64,000 bases of DNA, taken from the NCBI RefSeq assembly GCF_024521635.1, contig NW_026250426.1, forward strand, positions 1 through 64,000, in the 5' to 3' direction. The notes under the pieces were generated by a model, which was given only the letters and a program-made list of their open reading frames with translations, had not been told where the DNA came from and made no database searches. The DNA comes from Tricharina praecox. Its lineage: Eukaryota. Shown here one piece after another: positions 43,710 through 55,654 of this stretch (positions are counted from its first letter, which is position 1; each line of letters begins with the position of its first letter). The translations under genes were made by a program, and so were the position numbers.

Positions 43710-43838
43710 CCCTTCTACTTCCCCCCTCCACCGCTTCTTTCTCATCCACTCAACACACACTTGCACCTTCACATCCTCACAATCTCAAACAACAACACCT
43801 TCCCCAAACAAAAACTACCTCCAAACAACTCAATCAAC

Positions 43839-44289
43839 ATGTCTGATCTCGGTTCGTTCTTTCCTTCCAATCTTCTTCCTTCCGGTCTAGTCCGATCGAT
43901 CAGCTTGCTAATCACTCCATCTTCATCTATAGGCCGCCAGTCCATGACCGACAAGGCTTCGTCTGCCCTCAAGCCTGACTCCCAGAAGTCGACCACCGAA
44001 CACATCGGTGACAAGGCCGCCGGCACCTACGACCGTGTTGCTGACACTCTCCAGCCTCAGTACGCTCTCCGCACACTCCTTACTTCACCACTACTGTTGC
44101 TAACCCATTCCTCCCAGGTCGGAGAAGTCCACTACCCAGAAGGCCGGTGACCACCTCCGCAGCGGTTCCGACGAGACCAAGGACCAGTCCAAGAGCGTCG
44201 CTCAGACCGTTTCCGACACCGTCTCCAACGCCGCTCAGGCCGTCAAGGATACCGTGTCTGGCAACACTGGCAGCAACAAGGAATTGTAA
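43839..44289 (+). CDS. HSP12: Heat shock protein 9/12 (Hsp12-like), 3 exons
   Basis: Spliced MSDLGRQSMTDKASSALKPDSQKSTTEHIGDK...LQPQSEKSTTQKAGD, typical of the HSP9/HSP12 family. Confidence 0.9.
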
Positions 44290-47200
44290 ATGGGGGTTCA
44301 TCATGACGACCACCAGATATGATTTGATGGCGTAAATGGGTGTTCTTGTTTCTTCTACTTGTGCTTTTTTTTGCTTTTTTTCTTGCTCTGATTACATGAC
44401 GGAGATGGGACAATTGGGATTCGCATCGGATGAAATAGCTAGACGAGAATTTGGGAATTGAATCGATTGGGTCCTGGCAAACTTGTGTTCTCAAAACGAT
44501 ACGTGACAAATTGTGGGATTCCTCAAGCTGCATCACTTCGACCCCCGCGATCTTTTCCCACCTATTCCACGCTTGGCTCACCATCTCCATCGATCAGCTC
44601 GCTTCCTCATCGACCCTTCCAAACATGAGGGTCGGTAGTCAATCGATCCCCACCTTTTTTCTTCCAGAAAACAGTACGTAACATGGCTTTCCCCACCGGC
44701 AGTTGAGCGATCTCTGAAACGATTCGAACTCATGTGGACGATCAGGTCTAGAGCCGCATCGGTAATCTCGATAGAGTACGCCGCAGCAGTGTGCAGAATC
44801 TAAATGTCTCAGCCCACGGAAGTGGATGGCGTACAATACATCATACAGCGTCTTCAGCCAACAGGAACATGCATGACGCTTGAATTCAGCAGGTATTTTT
44901 CCTGTAAAAACAGCTTACGACCGTATGATTGGAGAGGCAGATACTTCACATACTCACCTACCGTACCTATTCTGCAGCAATTGCGGTTCCTCGGCCTCCC
45001 GCGTAACGGAAACCGGTCACTAGTCAGCATTCGGCATACCTGATCGGGGGTTCCTTAACTACGGTAGGTACTTGCTTCTTGGACTGCGATAGAGCCGCTG
45101 CCTACTAGGTATTCCAGGGCAGTGTTCGCATCCTTTCCGGACCGAGACGGGGATGGGAACGGGGACGGCGGGTAGTATGGATCACATTGCATCACATTGC
45201 ATCACATTGTATTGGGGCATTCGGTGGCTCGGGGTTCATCTGGCGGTGACTCAGTGTGGAATCTGATCTAGATGTGCGCTTCCAGGTTTCCCGCGGCGAG
45301 TAGGACTGTAGGACCGAGCTCCGGGCGATGGTCGGTCGGCCGTTGCCACAGTGTAGTTGCGGACTTGCGAGTCCAGGTACTATACGCAGTTGGTAGACTG
45401 TAGACTGTGGGCAAGCTGGTGCTGGGTACGGAGTGGTCGCTGGTGGGTATGTGCATTGTGGACAGTTTGAATAGTGCGGGTACTTGGCGGGATGCGAGAA
45501 GCGCTGCTGATCGGTCGGCCACTTCGTCCCGTCGTGGTGGTGGTGGTGGTGGTGGTGGTGGTGCTACCTATCACATCACCGAAGACGGCCCCTCCGCGTC
45601 AGCGTCTGTTGGGACCTCACCTCACCTCTGCCGCCAACAGACACCGAGGCACAATGCTTCCCGGCGGCCAATCGGTGATCGACTGGCTACATCTTATGTA
45701 CCAGGTACTTGCCCGGGACGACGGATTGATTGCAATGTCTGAAGCGTGACTCCATGAGTGACCCGGTCCACCAGATGACCTGAAGGCTGGTAGGTACCGG
45801 CGGTCAAAGAGTGAGCGAGAACGCATGAATGCAGGCAGATCACGAATTCTTGCACGGGTTTTCCCGCCACTGCCGCTGCCGCCGCCGGGGAAGCCATCGA
45901 TATCTCTCACTCGGTGGGCGTAGCTATGGCTGTATCGAGCGGAACCATAGGTGATTGGGCTTCGCCATGGTCTAGATAGGCTGCATGCGAAATAAACTGA
46001 AGATCTATCTCTCTCTCCCTCATAGGTGATTGGGTCGATGGGATATTAGCACATACATCTTGGGTCAATCATGAGAGGAGGCAGCGAAAGGAGGACTTGT
46101 CGGTGGGAGCAAACAGATGTGGTTGGTAGCGGTGGGCATCAACGTTGGCGGCCATGGCGGGGTCTTCTTCTCCTTTTTCTTCTTCGTCTTCTTCTCTGGA
46201 TCATCATCTACAGAACAGACGATCAACCTCTACACCCTCTCTCTCCTTGTGTGTTCTCCTTCTCCTTCTCTCGACCCGCTTCCCGGCCAGGAAAGGCATT
46301 GACGAAAGAGCCCTCGCAAAAGACGTTCTCACTGATCTACCAGTTCAGCCCACGACCAACTACCGGCGGAGCGCAGGTGCGGAAGACGGTCACACATGAC
46401 GAGACGGCGCGGCTGTGCCGTCCAGCGCACTCGCGCGTAACTATCCTCGTGCCGCCAGCAATTGGACAGGAAGCGCTGAACCTACCCGTGATTGGGCGAT
46501 CCTGCACCCGAAATTCCAGCGATACTAGTAGTTATGCGTGCGAGTGCGGGGAACCCAACGACGAGTGGACAGCGGCGAACACCGCGGTGGCATACCTACG
46601 CATCGGCGCAGCTGGGCGGCATGAACGTATGCGCATGAATATATCACACAGGCCAGGCCTCAAAGTTTGAGACGGGGTTTCGACCTGGGGAGGCTGGGTG
46701 CTAGGTCGCCAACCATCAATGCAACATGCAGCTTCAACGAGCTGGTATGTACTTTGGATTTATCATTTTACTGCGGCCTTCCGGGCGAATCAGCACCAGC
46801 CGCGGTGAAGGAGACCTCGATCGATGAGGGACAGGGAAAGCACTCGTCTAGACTCCACCCCCGTTCAACCAACCAACCAACCGAAGAGGATATCGCAGAT
46901 TCGTGACCGAGTCAATCGACCGATGATGAGCGCTGGTGTTGACACTTCCATCGAGAAGCAGGGCCGCATCCACCACTGGTGGGTGATGCTGCACGGTTGT
47001 TTTGGTGGAATACCTGGCTGCTTGAGTGAGTACGGGTGGGCTACGGGGAATTCTGCGAGGATACATACCAGTGCTCGGTCAGAGATCTGAGGAGTTGCGT
47101 TGGACGGTGGAAGCACTCTACGACTCTGGCGATGTCCTCCGCGGACATGTCAATATCTTTTGACCAGTGAGCTGGCCGGTAACGATTCGGCAGCGAAGAG

Positions 47201-50036
47201 GAGGAGGAGGAGGAGGAGGAGGAGGAGGAGGAGCAGAAGGCGGGAGCTACAGGTTACACAAAAGTGCCCTCCGGCAGCCCCCGATCGTCGAGACCAACGA
47301 CAGGCCGGACCTCCCAGTGCTCCCGCCCCACGCCTCAAGTCTCGACGCCTAGTCTCGGACTGCGCACCCTGCGTGACATCTGACGTTGGGGACACCGGAG
47401 TACAGTACTCTACATATGAGGCGGACTATGCCAGTGCCAGTGCATGAATCACGGGAGCCCTCCCAAGTTCCAACTTCTACCCATGTAGCATGTACATACA
47501 TAAATACATGGACGTGCGATAGTATGTGGGCCGAAGCACAAGTTCCCTCACCCCTCCTCCTCCTCTTCCTCCTTGCATCATCATCACCACCACGGTACCA
47601 CCACCACCATCACCACCATCACCACCAATATCTACCCCCCTCCCAGAAGACTGCAGGGCCCTGGTCGTCGAGCAAATCTTCACTGTCCGCCCCCTTACAC
47701 GTCGCGCGTAGATCAGCCGGTACCTACATACATGCCTATGGTAACTAAGTAAGTAGTAGTTATCCATAATACCTCTCCTCCAACCCGTAGTAGCCCAGCA
47801 ACCGGCAATCAACAACCAGCAACCAGCAACCAGTATGTATCTAACGAAGCGTTTTCTGGCCGAGCAATTAAGTGCTTACATACCTACCGACGCACCCCCC
47901 GTTCCGCGTCCGACCTTCCGAGTCCGACCTTATGCAACGGTCACGAGGTGATGGGGACTATGGCGTTATGCTATCCCTCCCGCGGGCCCAAGGCATATGT
48001 AGGAGAAGATGATCCGCCACCAGGGCTTACATAAATTATGTAGCCTCCTGGGGGAAAATGAAAAAATGTGGAAGTGAAAGTGAAAAGTGAAGCGAAAGTG
48101 CGGATTGGGGGATGGCTGGCTGGATGGGTGGGTGATTCGTCGTGCTTCGCAGCGGTGAGGTCTTTAGGGAGTCCGGGTGGCATTATGGGATTCCCCAGGT
48201 CCAAACATAGGTATCATACGAACGATCGAATGGATAGCACCGACCAGTATTGGCACGTTACCTGACCTCTACCTACCCACCTGCATAGGTTACAGGTATC
48301 TGCTCTCAGTCGTAGATGATACATTCCACCAGTATGTAGGTCCTGATAGGTAAGTAAACCGCTGTCTAAGTAAACCGTCGTCCACAGAGTGGGTACGTGT
48401 AACCACCTGGTTACCAAACGAGTATCGAGTGTCGACTCTGCTTGTTCGTTTCTGTTTCTCCAGAGCTCCGGTGAGCCTCCATACCCAGAGTAATATACAT
48501 CAGTCAGTCAGTACCCACCCAAGCAACTACCCAAGTACCCAAGTACCTACGCTACTTGCGCTTATGTACGGTAGAGTACGACGGTACGAGCCGAATCGTA
48601 CGATTCGCAAAAAATCCGGATGATACAGTACCCTACCCTACATACCCTACCCAAACCGACCGACCAACCACCGACCAACCAACCGACCGACCGACCGACC
48701 GACCGACCGATCGACATATTTCGTTTTTAACCGCGGAGCGGCTATGTGTACTTGTACTCTACATATCCAAGTAAGAAGTAGCAAGCAACTTGCTTGGTGC
48801 TGGCTGGGTGGGGTGCGATCAACACTGTACCTAGTAGTAGTACTATAGTTACAGCGAAAGGGGGGGAGTGGGGGTTACTTTACTACTATATACTACTTGG
48901 TATACCGTATATACATACGGTAGGTACTCTGCTTACGACCACTTGTGGACCTGCGGTGGTGGAAACAAGTACTGGTACACTGTATTGTACATACCTTAAC
49001 GGACAGGCTTAATTTAATGCCACCGTCTTCCCGAGGGCACGGTTGAGTATGGTACTTATGCATGCACGCATGCGTGGTAACGGTATTGTACTCTATGTAC
49101 ATCTATGTAGGTAAGTACTTGCTCACTGGAATAGGCTGGTACTTTAGGTAGGTAGGTGTCGCCATAAGGGCGGGTGTATAGGTTTCCTTCATTCATTCGT
49201 CAACGGTGCTGGTGCTGGTTATTTACTTATCATATGTTTTTTTTGGTTTTGGGTCCCAGAGCAGTGCGGATGTTGGTTCTTGGTCAGGACTCGGGAATCG
49301 GGATTCTAGAATATCATCGATAGGTAGGCGGATTAATTGTGCTTTGCTGTGCTGAGCTCTACCCCCCACCCCCCACCCCCCACCCCCCACCCCCAGATGC
49401 CCCAGACCTCCCCCAGACCTCCCCCAGGCTCCACGCTCCACCGGAGCGCAAGTGGGTGCTTACTTGGTTACCAGAGTTTAGTGGCTAGATAGTATCCTAC
49501 TTCCCGGAGCACTAATTAGTCCCGTGCCTACAGAAGTACACAATTAAGTATGTATCTACTCGGCCCTGAGTAAGCTGGCGATCACCGTGCCGCGGCGGCA
49601 CTGACAAAACTCATGCCGACCATGGACCATTATTCGCCTCGAGGCACGAATACCTAGCGCGCTTATCGGGAGGGTGGAGGGTAGAGGGTGGAGGGTGGTG
49701 GGTGTGAGGGAGCGGCTTTGCGACCATACCATATCATACCAGTGCCGAGCTCCGACCGTTTAGGAAGTTGCGCGTTTCCGTGGACCGTGGTATCCGGCAG
49801 AATTACCAATATATAGTTAATTACTTGGATACTTGTGCATACTTGTTAGTGTAGATATCGTGGATAGCGCTGTTTTCATCCATGGATCGCGAGGGAGGCG
49901 AGACCCGACTCTCGAGGGGGAGCCCATGGTGATCAGCGAGGATTAACTACCTGGAGGATTGGAGGATCAGAGGATCAGAATGGCGTGGTGGCGGCGCAGA
50001 GGACGGGCTCACGGCGTAGTCAACTGCCGCCGTTTA

Positions 50037-50188
50037 CGGCGTCTGTCTCGTGGCTAGGTGCCTAGGTATGTGCGTATGTACGGTTGTGCCGCTCAGGAAG
50101 GCGCCATATGCGGCGTCTGTCTCGTGGCTAGGTGCCTAGGTATGTGCGTATGTACGGTTGTGCCGCTCAGGAAGGCGCCATATGCGGC
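50037..50188 (+). repeat. Perfect tandem duplication, 74-bp unit x2
   Basis: Copies start at 50037 and 50111; a CGGC remnant follows at 50185. Confidence 0.95.
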
Positions 50189-50197
50189 AGTTCTCCG

Positions 50198-50344
50198 ATG
50201 CGTACTCCGATCTGTACGTACGGGCCAGCGGCTTTTTATTTTCCCCCAGACCTTGCTATGTACCGGCATGCGTACTCCGATCTGTACGTACGGGCCAGCG
50301 GCTTTTTATTTTCCCCCAGACCTTGCTATGTACCGGCATGCGTA
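50198..50344 (+). repeat. Perfect tandem duplication, 70-bp unit x2
   Basis: Copies start at 50198 and 50268; an ATGCGTA remnant follows at 50338. Confidence 0.95.
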
Positions 50345-51070
50345 TCCGCGGGGATTTATCCGTAGCAGCCGTGGTTAGTGGATTAACCGTGCGAACAATG
50401 GCGTAAGCGCGGCATGAAGCGGCAGTGAGTTCCTAGCACATGCTCCACTATCGAAATAGATGGCCCCAGTTCCTGTCCCAGCCGCGGATGCATCGCGGCT
50501 GTATGGGTCTATGTACTGTACTGGGCACTGGACAGTGTGCGCACAACTATCTCCTTGAGGATGGCCGCCGTATGTAGAGTACAGTACAGTACAGTAGTTA
50601 CAGCCCTGGCTCCTGTCGAGTGTGTAGAGTACTGTACGTACCCAGTCAAGCGCGGCAAGCAGCGGTACCTAGCAGGTTGCAGTACTCAAAGAGTGCACCC
50701 ATGATCCATCCGGATGACGAGAGTAAAAATACACACTGCTTATAGTAGGTAGCTCCGTCCGCGGTTAATCGGAGTGCAAGCCGCGGTAATCTCGCTCTCT
50801 CGCTCCCTCTCTCCCTTGCCGAGCGCGGATATTGCACTTCTCGTCGAGCCTGTGCCATGCACGCGGCAAATTGAGTGAAGAGCCCAAGGGGCATTCAAGA
50901 GTTGCAGGCAAGCACCAGTGTCCTCGGTGGACCGTGGTAGGTATGTGACCGGGCCAGGATGCGCAGCCATCGCTCGCTACATGTAACGGTCCCATCACGA
51001 TCCACCATCCATCGAGTGGACCCCCCTCTGGAGTCTGGATTCTGGAGTCTGGAGGCTGACGAGCCGGGGG

Positions 51071-51102
<32 letters not shown>

Positions 51103-51707
51103 TGCGTCACCGAAAATAAAAAGCTTCCATTGCTTCTCTGGGTAGCATCCGACCTCCTACATACTTACATCCCAAAATGGCCGGCTTACTCTTGCACAAT
51201 TCACAAAGCAGCCACCTTCCAGCCCCCCACACACAACACGCCGGGCGTCCGCTGCGCTCGCTCACGGAATATCCTCTCCCTTGCATGCTTTTTGGAATTG
51301 AGGCTTTCCACTTTGCAGACGACGTTGCGTGACCGTGGTCTTCACGACCATTTTGGCACGTTAGAATGAAGAACTCGGTGCATATACCCTGCATAGACCC
51401 TTCTCGACGTATGATGCGTGGAGACTGTGGAGAGTATCGGCGTGCCACAAGCAGCCGGAGCTGGAGCAAGAGGGGAACTCACGTCAGAAGCCACCAACAG
51501 GACAACCCCTCCCCCGTCCCTTCAGTGAAGGAACCGGGCTTGCATACCTAATACATTCAGAGCATTTTCATGAACCGACAATGCAAGTGCAGTGCGAATA
51601 AAAATCTCCACAACTTTGACGAGTACAGTTTTGACGAATACAGTATGTACTTACGTGCTCAGCGGGTTGTTGTACAACAGAAGCCATCATATGTGTGTGC
51701 AGTGTGT

Positions 51708-51820
51708 AGTGTGCACTTTGGAGGGCCAGAAGTGAAAGTGAAAAGTGTGCACTTTGGAGGGCCAGAAGTGAAAGTGAAAAGTGTGCACTTTGGAGGGCCA
51801 GAAGTGAAAGTGAAAAGTGT
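51708..51820 (+). repeat. 36-bp minisatellite x3
   Basis: AGTGTGCACTTTGGAGGGCCAGAAGTGAAAGTGAAA at 51708, 51744 and 51780. Confidence 0.95.
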
Positions 51821-54480
51821 AAAGCTCAATGGTGGTGAGTGGACGGAGACGAGTTGCGAATATGCACCCGAACGAAGCACGGGCTTACATGCGTGATGGA
51901 TAGATAGGTACCGTAGGTGCATATGGTGTTCTCGAAGGGCTCACGAATAGGACGTAGTAAGAGGGGGAGAGAGGATCGATTTTAGACTATGGCGACCACA
52001 AACCCGATATGGCGTAGTGGCCGATGCACCTCAATAATCGATGGGCGTAGATATGCATGCAAACACCGAAATGGTGGCCGGTGGATCAGCCGGGAGGAGA
52101 ATGAGAAGTCAGCTTGTTGACGGAAGGCAACGATCGATAAAGAAACTTCCCCATCAACTGCACCCCGTTCCGTTGACTGAATGGGAACGATCGCCAAAGG
52201 GACTCCTCCATCAACTCCACCCCGTTCCACCAGCAAATACGAAGTCAACCAGACAGACAGCGGTAATCGAACTGACGTTCCGCCCCTCCGGCTCCCCTGC
52301 TGCCACGTCCCATCCCGTTACCTAAAGAGTGAAGTTTACCTATCGGCGCTGTGTTGAAACGCTCAGCCGCGCCCGTTCCCTCACGATCACGAAACCTTAC
52401 CCAAGACCAAAACCAAAACTAGTTCCCTCAGCAAAAGGAAAAACAGAAACATCTCTGCGCATTCCAAGACCGCGCCGTTTTCTGTCGCCAAACACGCCCG
52501 TTGATTGGGACGTTGCGCATTGCCATCTAGTAGAGTACGTAGTGTAGTGTAACTAGAGTGGCGTGGGGAGGGGTGGATGGAGTCCAGCGCGGCCCTGCGG
52601 CCTTGCGGGTCGCTTGGTTGGCTCGTGAGTCAAGTGACCACTGATTGGCCCGAGCCATGGCACTGATGGGCGTAACTAGTGGCGGCCGCTCTGCAGGCCG
52701 GCGCTTATTGCATGTTTGAGGTCCGTCGTTTGTGCATGTAACTAGCCCGCGCTGGCTGCGGCTGAGGTGCTCTATGTACCACAGAAAATTTAGAGCAAGA
52801 GGGGTGTATTCGACCTGTGGAGACTGGAGACTGTGGGGACCGTGGGGACCGTGGGGACCGTGGACTCTGGAGTACGGTAGGAGGCACATCGCCAGACGAC
52901 TCTCCTGTCAGCTACATGAAGTGAGGGACCTCTCGCTGCAGCTCAAGAAGCGAGTCGTGTGCACGTACATACAGTGCACAGGGCACAGTGCACAGTGCAA
53001 GCCACCATTCGTCGTTCGCCCGACCTCTTGCCCATCTTGGCGAGGGAGAAAGTCTATCAGAGTGCACTTTTGGCTCTACTCTAACTTCTTGCACCGCTGA
53101 ATCAGGAGTGGCTGACATGCGCCATCGCAGCGGTTCAGACCGGTGCAGTCCAGTGCAGTTCGGTTTCAAGCGTGTGGGTGCTTCCTAGGTACATACATAA
53201 TATTTGCTGGCGCATATCGTCTGGCGTCGCTGAATGGAAGTGGCTGACATGCGCCTTCGCAGCTGTTCGAACTTCGGCGCGGTGCGGTTTCAGGCGTGGG
53301 GAAGATCACAAATCTCCACCGGCGAAATATCATCCAGCCCCGCCTTCGAGGGCAGTATGCACACAAGTAAGAAGTACTTGTGTACCGTATCATATCATAT
53401 ATGGCCGAGTAAAAAAGATGCACAACCCGTTCGTCCCTCCCTCCCTCCCTCCCTCCCTCCCTCCCTCCCTCCGCGCTAATCGTGCACCGTCACACGGTGC
53501 ACACTCGCGCACAGCGGCAGTTAGCTGGTTGGCCCGTAGTGGGTGGTCAGCATTCCTTACGTGTTCGGCGTATGTGTGCTCGACGTGCTCGACAGGTGCA
53601 TGTGCTGAACCGCTGGGTTGGGTCAGACAACCAGACAGCCAGACAGCCAGACGTGTGTGCGAGAGGAAGGTAGGTAAGCCACCCACCCACGAAATCACAA
53701 TGCGGTGGCCGGTGGGCAGCAACGGGCCAAGGAATCCAAGACAAGACAAGACGAGACAAAAGAGAACGGATGGGCGAAGGGCGAAGAGGGACACGATGCG
53801 CATTGTGTGCATACCGTAGCCAGCCAGCGCGGAACATGTGCGACAGTGCGATACCCGCCATCCACCGCGTGTCGGTGTCGGTGTCGGTGCAGGTAGGTCG
53901 ATGGTGGTTCGTTACTTCCTGGGAAGTTGGTTGGTTGGTTACCTGGATCGAATCGAAACAATGGCAATATTAACGACTTGGATCGAATCGAAACAGACGC
54001 TCGAACAAACGAACGGACGGATAAGTTCGGGCGAGCCGCGAGTCGTCGAGTCACACACGGGTTCTTGAAATCCTACCTCGGAGCCAACCCCCCACACACC
54101 CGCACACCCGCACACGCACAAACGCACACGCACACACGCACATCTCCTCCCCAACTAATCCATCCCCATCCATCCCGATCCGGAACCAGCGCGCGCAGTA
54201 TCCACTCTTGCAATTCACCTCGCCCCATCCATCCACTCTAGAGTGCCGCTGCTGCGCTAAATACTCTACAGTCTCTACTCTACTGATCTATGCTACTCTA
54301 CTCCTCTACTCTACTCTACAACAATCTCCCGTCCCTCCCTCCGAAAACCGTCATTAAATTACCCGCCCCCCTCTCGCCCCCCCGGCCCACCCTGTAGGCT
54401 GTCCCTCTACTCGAGTACTGAGTACTAGTAATAGCCGCAGCTCCACCAGAGCAGTGTCACCCGCCGCGCAGCTGCAGCAC

Positions 54481-54511
<31 letters not shown>

Positions 54512-55590
54512 ACTCACACTCGCACCACCAGCAACACAAATACCAGCAGCGCAAATACCAGCAGAAATACCCACACCTTACGCCGCCACCCCAGTAATTC
54601 GCACAAGCGGCCGGGGGCGGTAGCCGTAGAATTATTTTCCTTCCTTCTCTTCGCGGTGAAGGGAGAGACGAGGGGGAGGGATGGGGAGACAAGACAGACG
54701 GGCTTGATGAGGGCGTGATGAGTGCGTGATGAGTGCGGGTATGTAATGTGGCCTGGTGGTGCGCGGCGCTGTGGAGGGTCTGGGGTGGGGGATGGGGGAT
54801 GGGGGATGGGGGATATGGGGGATGGGAGGGGGGTGGGGCGCGTTTATTTAGCTGGCGCTTGATCACGATGGTGGTGGTGGTGGTGGTGGTGGTGATCGTA
54901 ATAAGGATAGTAGTGCTGGTGCTGGTGCGGATGCTGGTGCGGATGCTGGTGCTGGCGCCAGTGCTGGTAGTGATGCTCTATATCTATACTAACTACGGCA
55001 ACTAGTGAATAGCTGCCGTAACTACCTCACGAGACGGGGAAACGAGGTGACTATCTCTATACTACTAGTATCTAGCAAGTGGTACATAGAAGTGCCGAGC
55101 TCTATGTGTCTACCTAATGTACCTATGTCGGTACGGTATCGGAGTCCCTTACCACCACGCGCCGAGCAGAGAGGCACCGAGCGTATCGTAAGCGAGGTCG
55201 GCTCTCGAGCTGGCTGCTGGCTTGCTTGCTGGCTGCATCAGGGGAGCTTCTACTGCTGCTGCTAATGGAGGAGGAGGACGAAGTGGAGGAGGAGGAGGAG
55301 GAAGATGCCAGAGGAGGATGGCAAAGTGGGTGGAAAAGTGGGTGGTGTGTAACTATCTAGGAATCTTCGGTATCTTCGGTATCTACAGTATCCACGGTAT
55401 CTACCATAGGATTTTAGGATTCTAGGTAAGAAGTACTGCACTTGCACTTGTTTACAATTACATTTGCCCTCCCATCCCCCCATCCTATCCTCTCCCCCAG
55501 GGGACATGAGTAAGAAAGGCCCCTCGGATCATCGAAACACACAAAAAAGGCCTTTCTGCTTGCTTACTTGCGTGCTTCACGTACTCTATA

Positions 55591-55654
55591 TCCATATCCA
55601 AGACCGCCATCTACATATCCAAGACCGCCATCTACATATCCAAGACCGCCATCT
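55591..55654 (+). repeat. 21-bp tandem repeat x3
   Basis: CATATCCAAGACCGCCATCTA-type unit repeated three times. Confidence 0.9.

Noticed and set aside
43431..43772. Poly-Ala ORFs on both strands
   Set aside because: By-products of the GCA repeat in the HSP12 promoter.
46071..46670. 199-aa ATG ORF in the desert, and 210-aa ORF at 34768-35400
   Set aside because: No recognisable motifs and composition typical of non-coding frames; cannot be supported without expression or homology data.
50037..51820. CRISPR-like array
   Set aside because: Repeats are directly tandem with no unique spacers, there are no cas genes, and the context is eukaryotic.
51570..51896. ORF with VHFGGPEVKVKS x3 as a pheromone or RiPP precursor
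   Set aside because: No signal peptide, no KR/RR Kex2 sites, and the units are identical at DNA level, as expected of a minisatellite.
51558..53178. hAT-like element bounded by AACCGA..TGCA inverted ends
   Set aside because: The end similarity is weak, no target-site duplication is seen, and the right end is better explained by a local direct duplication.
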